Shown here: positions 59,646-64,000 of the stretch, piece after piece
Layout: every line of letters starts with the position of its first letter
Position numbering within the stretch: position 1 is the stretch's first letter
Assembly: GCA_031422435.1 (NCBI GenBank)
Contig: JANPLU010000128.1
Location: 64,001 to 128,000, forward strand
Direction: 5' to 3'
DNA: 64,000 nt
Origin: Acaryochloridaceae cyanobacterium VAR_48_metabat_390
Lineage (GTDB): Bacteria; Cyanobacteriota; Cyanobacteriia; Thermosynechococcales; Thermosynechococcaceae
Made by a program: the position numbers and the translations under genes
The notes under the pieces: generated by a model
Databases searched by the model: none
What the model saw: the letters and a program-made list of their open reading frames with translations, nothing else
Told to the model about the DNA's origin: nothing

Positions 59646-60599
59646 CTACTCTCCTAGTGGGGTTGTTTTTTGGAGTGGTGATGGCACAATCGGCTCGACA
59701 TGATGGAAATAGGTGCGGTCAAAATAGCGATCGCCATTGGGTTCCATCCGCACCACGTCAATAAAGCGGTGGTCAAACAGAATCTTTTCTGCGCCGTAAG
59801 CATAACGAGTGGTTACGGTGTAGGCGACAGTTTCATCTAAGCCACTCAGAGACACGATCATCTGCACATGGTCACGGACTAAATCTTCAGCCGTGCAGCC
59901 ATAAAGGGGGTGACTAGACGTAATGGGTGAGTAAGCCGTCCAAGAGATCGAGAAGCCGGGACTGCGATCGCGCAGGAGGTCGAGGATATGAATGCGATAC
60001 ATATGCTCTCCTTCTGCTGTCATTTCATTGCGAAACAGATAGACCCGTAGCTGCGCCTCTAGAATTTGGTTACGGCGCTGGTTTGCCATGCGAAACATGA
60101 GCGTTGGCACGCCATTCATGGGCGAAATGACGGCATACTGACTAAACATAATGCGCGCCGAGGGTTTAGAGAACCGCGCAAATGAAAGCCCTGTGACTAC
60201 GGCAATGACCAATAGGCTCGTGATTGCCTCAAGGGTGACAATCACATTGGCATAGGGTGTCTTAGGCGAGATTACGCCGTAGCCGATTGAGCCAAGGGTC
60301 TGGACACTAAAAAAGAATGCATCTTCAAAAGAGCCAGGGCGAGCGCCCGTGAGACAGTCGCCACCCGATAGGTAAAGCACTGCAAATACGGCATTAAGCG
60401 CCAGGTACGCCACCGAAATGATGACAATAAAGCTCCACCAAGGCACCGTTAACATTAGGTGATAGGGATCTCGCCAGTGAGCGTACCAAGTGTCTAGTCC
60501 TTCGACCTGAAACTTACCGTCCTCCTGTCGCGCAATCCGAACGGGAAGCTGACTCCGACCAGAAAGCTGTTTTGCTTTTTGCTTCAGCCGAGATCTCAT
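59646..60599 (-). CDS. Inward-rectifier potassium channel (KirBac)
   Basis: DPYH, FFFSVQTLGSIGYG filter, FARFSKP and LMFRMANQRRN motifs. Confidence 0.93.
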   Translation of the reverse strand: MRSRLKQKAKQLSGRSQLPVRIARQEDGKFQVEGLDTWYAHWRDPYHLMLTVPWWSFIVIISVAYLALNAVFAVLYLSGGDCLTGARPGSFEDAFFFSVQTLGSIGYGVISPKTPYANVIVTLEAITSLLVIAVVTGLSFARFSKPSARIMFSQYAVISPMNGVPTLMFRMANQRRNQILEAQLRVYLFRNEMTAEGEHMYRIHILDLLRDRSPGFSISWTAYSPITSSHPLYGCTAEDLVRDHVQMIVSLSGLDETVAYTVTTRYAYGAEKILFDHRFIDVVRMEPNGDRYFDRTYFHHVEPIVPSPLQKTTPLGE

Positions 60600-60629
60600 G
60601 GGTTTTGACCACGCAAGAATGCCGCTAGT

Positions 60630-62882
60630 TTACCCTATTGCTAAAGGACGAATCTGCTTGCGCTTTAGCAAACGAAAACGCTGCTGAAGATACTGGATAT
60701 CGGGGATGCTTTTGCCATAGCGCCAAGCGATATAAGCCTCAGAGAGTTCGGCAACCAATTCGGCTTTGTCGGCAGGGTAGGTTAAGCGCACCTGCTGCAC
60801 ATACTCTAACGGCGTTTCTGTCGGGTGCTTTTGTAGACCCTGTACTGCTAAGAACCGCAGCATCTGCTGGTACAGACGAGCCATGGGTGGCAGTTTCCGC
60901 AGTTGATAGAAGCCCTGAACCGCACGTCCTAAATGCCATAGACCCCATGCTCCGATGCCAAAGCCAAAGCTCAGCAAACAGAGTTTAATGATGCCCAGCC
61001 ATCCCTCAGAAAACAGTCCCAGCAGTTTACCCATGACTTTGCCTAGGAAGGCGATTGCCCCACTAATCCACGCCGCCACGGGTGAGGGGAGCCATCCCGC
61101 CACCCAGTTCCAAAATTGACGCAGCACAGAAAAGGTCTGGTCTACTTCCACCGAAGGCGGGTACAGATCGTGGCCTGGAATGGCATCAAAGGCAAACCAG
61201 CCGTGACCTGGAAAGTAGACTTCGCTGAGGGCATAAGCATCGGTGTTTTTAACCACGTATAGCCCCGTAAAGGCGTTAAATTCTCCTGGGGCAAAACCTG
61301 TGGCTAATCGCGCCGGAATGCCAATGGAGCGCAGCATGACGGTGAGCGCCGAGGCGAAATGGTCGGGGTAGCCCCCCTCCCAGTCGGTCAGAAAGGCGGT
61401 CACTAAGTCTTGATTAGCCCCAAGGGTAGGTAAATTCGCCTGAAGGGTGTACCGCTGCTTGAGTGCTTGGGTAAGATAGAGCGCCTTTTCGTAGGGGGTT
61501 GGGAGCGATCGCCCAGATTTGGCTAAGATCTGCTGGGTGACTTGTTTCACTTGAGGGGCGATCGCCGCTGGAATCTGTAGGTAATTCGCTTGAATAGACT
61601 TGGGATATTTCGTGCGGGTACGGTTGAGACTGCTGCGGTCGCGGTACGGCACATCCGACACCACAGAATAGGTTAAGCCTTCTTCGAGAGGCCCTGGCGA
61701 TCGCATACCGCCTTCTGCATCCACCGCAATTTCTTGGGTCGGGAAATAAACTTCACGGGCTTGGGACAGGGACGGCAGCAGGTTGGGGAATTCAGCCAAA
61801 ATCGAAAAGGTCTGCACCACTTCTTTGGTCTGCGATTGAGGATGCTGAGAAGGCAACACAAATCGGTAAGACCACGGTGAGCGACGCACGATGTTGGCAT
61901 CTTTGTTGCGGGAGACTTTCCAGCCTTGACCTGTATAGCGATCAAAGGCCATCACGCGCCAAAAGCCTTCAGATTGTGAGCGCACCCGCATCACAACTTC
62001 TGGCTTTAGGCTACCCCGCAGATTTTGGTTCATTTCTTCATTGAAGCCAGCGTAAAATTTGGCGCTAAAGCCTTGGCCTTCACCAGAACTCATGGTGTCG
62101 CCACCTGCGGCTCCCGCCTTGCCCCCTTTGCCTGTTCTGACATAGCCCGGATTGAAAACTTGAGCGGGGTCAAATTTCCCCTTGGGCATCGCCACTTCAC
62201 CACTGACGGGCAGGGTGCGGAACTGATACCCTGGCAGGCGCGGTGTAATGGCAAAAATCAGTAGCCCTAAGCCTAAAATTGCCCCAAACAGCAGCGCAAG
62301 GCGACGGGGCGGCAGTACCGCAAACTGCTGAAAACGAACGGTGCCCAGACCCAGATGAGAGCGATAGTCAAGGAGGAGAACGGGGAGGGCGATCGCCACA
62401 AACAGTACCAAAAATCCACCAAAGGCCATGGTTTCACTGATGGTGGCTGCCACGCCAATTAAAATCAGCCCAATGACAACGGAGTAGCCTAAATCTTTGC
62501 GGCGCGGGAGGTCAAAGGTATGTAAAACCTGAAGCTGAATCAGCAAATCTGCCAACAGCAGCCGTGAGTCACCTGCGTTGCCCAACAGACGCGATAGCAT
62601 GACGCCTAGCATCACCAGCATCCCAATCGCAATGCCAAACTTTGCCACTATATTCCGACGGCGGCGACTATACCAGCTCCAGGTTGCCCCTACAATACTC
62701 AGGGGAATTGCCCAGAGGCTATTCATGTTAGAGGCCGCAACGTCAGTCGCCGCAACCCCTACGCTCACGAGTGCCTGCACTGCAACTCTCAACCATAGGG
62801 AATCTTCAATCGCAGGGGAGGGCGATCGCGGTTTTGCACCCAGAGATTGCATCGCTTTGCGCTGGAGAGAAAAAGCCTTCAT
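60630..62882 (-). CDS. TgpA-like membrane protein (DUF3488 + transglutaminase-like + DUF4129)
   Basis: Multi-TM N-terminus; FDRYTGQGW, MLRSIGIPAR, EVYFPGHGW..FD and ETPLEY..RYG motifs. Confidence 0.9.
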   Translation of the reverse strand: MKAFSLQRKAMQSLGAKPRSPSPAIEDSLWLRVAVQALVSVGVAATDVAASNMNSLWAIPLSIVGATWSWYSRRRRNIVAKFGIAIGMLVMLGVMLSRLLGNAGDSRLLLADLLIQLQVLHTFDLPRRKDLGYSVVIGLILIGVAATISETMAFGGFLVLFVAIALPVLLLDYRSHLGLGTVRFQQFAVLPPRRLALLFGAILGLGLLIFAITPRLPGYQFRTLPVSGEVAMPKGKFDPAQVFNPGYVRTGKGGKAGAAGGDTMSSGEGQGFSAKFYAGFNEEMNQNLRGSLKPEVVMRVRSQSEGFWRVMAFDRYTGQGWKVSRNKDANIVRRSPWSYRFVLPSQHPQSQTKEVVQTFSILAEFPNLLPSLSQAREVYFPTQEIAVDAEGGMRSPGPLEEGLTYSVVSDVPYRDRSSLNRTRTKYPKSIQANYLQIPAAIAPQVKQVTQQILAKSGRSLPTPYEKALYLTQALKQRYTLQANLPTLGANQDLVTAFLTDWEGGYPDHFASALTVMLRSIGIPARLATGFAPGEFNAFTGLYVVKNTDAYALSEVYFPGHGWFAFDAIPGHDLYPPSVEVDQTFSVLRQFWNWVAGWLPSPVAAWISGAIAFLGKVMGKLLGLFSEGWLGIIKLCLLSFGFGIGAWGLWHLGRAVQGFYQLRKLPPMARLYQQMLRFLAVQGLQKHPTETPLEYVQQVRLTYPADKAELVAELSEAYIAWRYGKSIPDIQYLQQRFRLLKRKQIRPLAIG

Positions 62883-63064
62883 GGGTAACGAAATCTTTTG
62901 CTCTAAGGGTTTGCCTTTAGTTTACCCGCCGCAATCCAAACATCTACCAGAATCCGATTGATACTATCCCAATGCGTTGACGGCTCGGTGCAAGTACATG
63001 TTGCTGCTCTTTTAGCTGGGAATTGAGCGGAGGTTAGAAGAGACATTAATAACAGAGGTGAGTC

Positions 63065-63105
63065 AGAGTTTTGTGGAGTATTTGCAAAATACTCCACAAA
63101 ACTCT
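63065..63105. terminator. Perfect 19-bp hairpin downstream of the GT2 gene
   Basis: AGAGTTTTGTGGAGTATTT-GCA-AAATACTCCACAAAACTCT. Confidence 0.8.
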
Positions 63106-63141
63106 AATTCTGGTGGCTATCCATAAATTTGAGTGATGAAT

Positions 63142-64000
63142 TTATCTTGAATTCAGCGCAACGTTTGATTCGTCTTTCCAGTAAAAAGAATGCATGCTCA
63201 GCTTTTTTCGGAGCCAGTTTGGGATGAGACGATATTGTTTACCCAGTAGATAGCCTAGAAAGCTAAAACCTAGACTTAAGATAAACTTAGAAATTAGGAC
63301 GTATTCTTTCTGTTCCATTAGCTTTGACAAAATGCTGCGAGCGTAGGAAGAACCTTGGTTAACATCACCCTTTGATTCAGAAGTTGTAGCCAGCTGTAAA
63401 GCTGTAGAGCGATATACGCCTGTATCAAAGTAGCGTTTAAATTGCTCTGTGAAAGTGTAGTCATGGGAGTGATAAACTTCAGATTCTGAGGCGTAAAAAA
63501 CTTTATAGCCTTTTGAAATTGCTTTTTGGGCAAAAATAGCATCTTCTCCCATAATCTCTTTTTCAGGGAATGCTCCTAGTTCTCGGAATATTGACATGCG
63601 GTATGCGGCACAGGAGTTGGATAGAAAGTATGCGCGGGAGCCAAGTTCTGATAGTGTTTCTTGAGACTGAATAATACTGTGGTTAGGATATTTGATTAAC
63701 CGATCAAGTTGTTCTAGAAGTTGAGCTTCTTTTCTCGGAAGTTGTTTAGCGTAGGTTGCTGCAACTAGAGGATCTTTTTGAAAAGGCTCTATTAATCTGG
63801 TTAAAAAGTCAGGGTTTGCTGGTAATGCATCTTGGGTCATAAAGACGACAAAGTCTGTGTCACAAAGCTGAAGACTTAGGTTGCGAGTTTTTCCATGATT
63901 AAACTCACTGCGCTGAATACTATGGACTCGAATGCCATACTGACGTGCAATATCAACGGTCTTATCGGTAGACGCGGAGTCAACAATAAGAACTTGAGAT
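63142..64000 (-). CDS. GT2 glycosyltransferase (rhamnosyltransferase-like), 5' end outside the window
   Basis: Frame open to the window edge: IVDSASTDKT..FNHGKTRN..MTQDA..GED..VYHSH. Confidence 0.92.
   Translation of the reverse strand, partial: SQVLIVDSASTDKTVDIARQYGIRVHSIQRSEFNHGKTRNLSLQLCDTDFVVFMTQDALPANPDFLTRLIEPFQKDPLVAATYAKQLPRKEAQLLEQLDRLIKYPNHSIIQSQETLSELGSRAYFLSNSCAAYRMSIFRELGAFPEKEIMGEDAIFAQKAISKGYKVFYASESEVYHSHDYTFTEQFKRYFDTGVYRSTALQLATTSESKGDVNQGSSYARSILSKLMEQKEYVLISKFILSLGFSFLGYLLGKQYRLIPNWLRKKLSMHSFYWKDESNVALNSR

Larger units (their letters stand above)
670..62829. repeat. Dispersed HIP1 octamers GCGATCGC
   Basis: Dozens of copies throughout core genes (e.g. 670-677); none seen in the HEAT region, ISAs1, TA pair or terminal GT2 gene. 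Confidence 0.9.

Overview
64 kb of a cyanobacterial chromosome (abundant HIP1 GCGATCGC; psbU, psbX, ntcA, ycf66, a phycobiliprotein gene). It is mostly housekeeping genes (rpsB-tsf, pcrA, ilvN, accC, rpmI-rplT, dnaN, uvrC, nadB, fabI, ntcA, cobU, a gyrA paralog, 6S RNA, tRNA-Thr) and very probably contains oriC: at least 8 perfect DnaA boxes plus DnaA-trios upstream of dnaN, with no dnaA in the window. Accessory patches include a NACHT-HEAT (NLR-like) gene split by a 1-nt deletion next to an Rpn/DUF4351 gene with a putative intragenic antitoxin start, a decayed TA/attC-like patch, a complete ISAs1 with a 10-bp target duplication beside an AT-rich RelE-type TA pair carrying a triple palindromic operator, and a nucleotidyltransferase-glycosyltransferase pair. 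The best candidates for undescribed systems are (i) an orphan, Cys-rich phycoerythrin-beta subunit with no alpha partner nearby, head-to-head with sigF, (ii) an exported COP23 / beta-barrel / CHAT-protease / DUF928 module, and (iii) two unannotated structured non-coding elements (downstream of tsf and upstream of the gyrA paralog). All family calls come from motif recognition by eye; no database searches were run.
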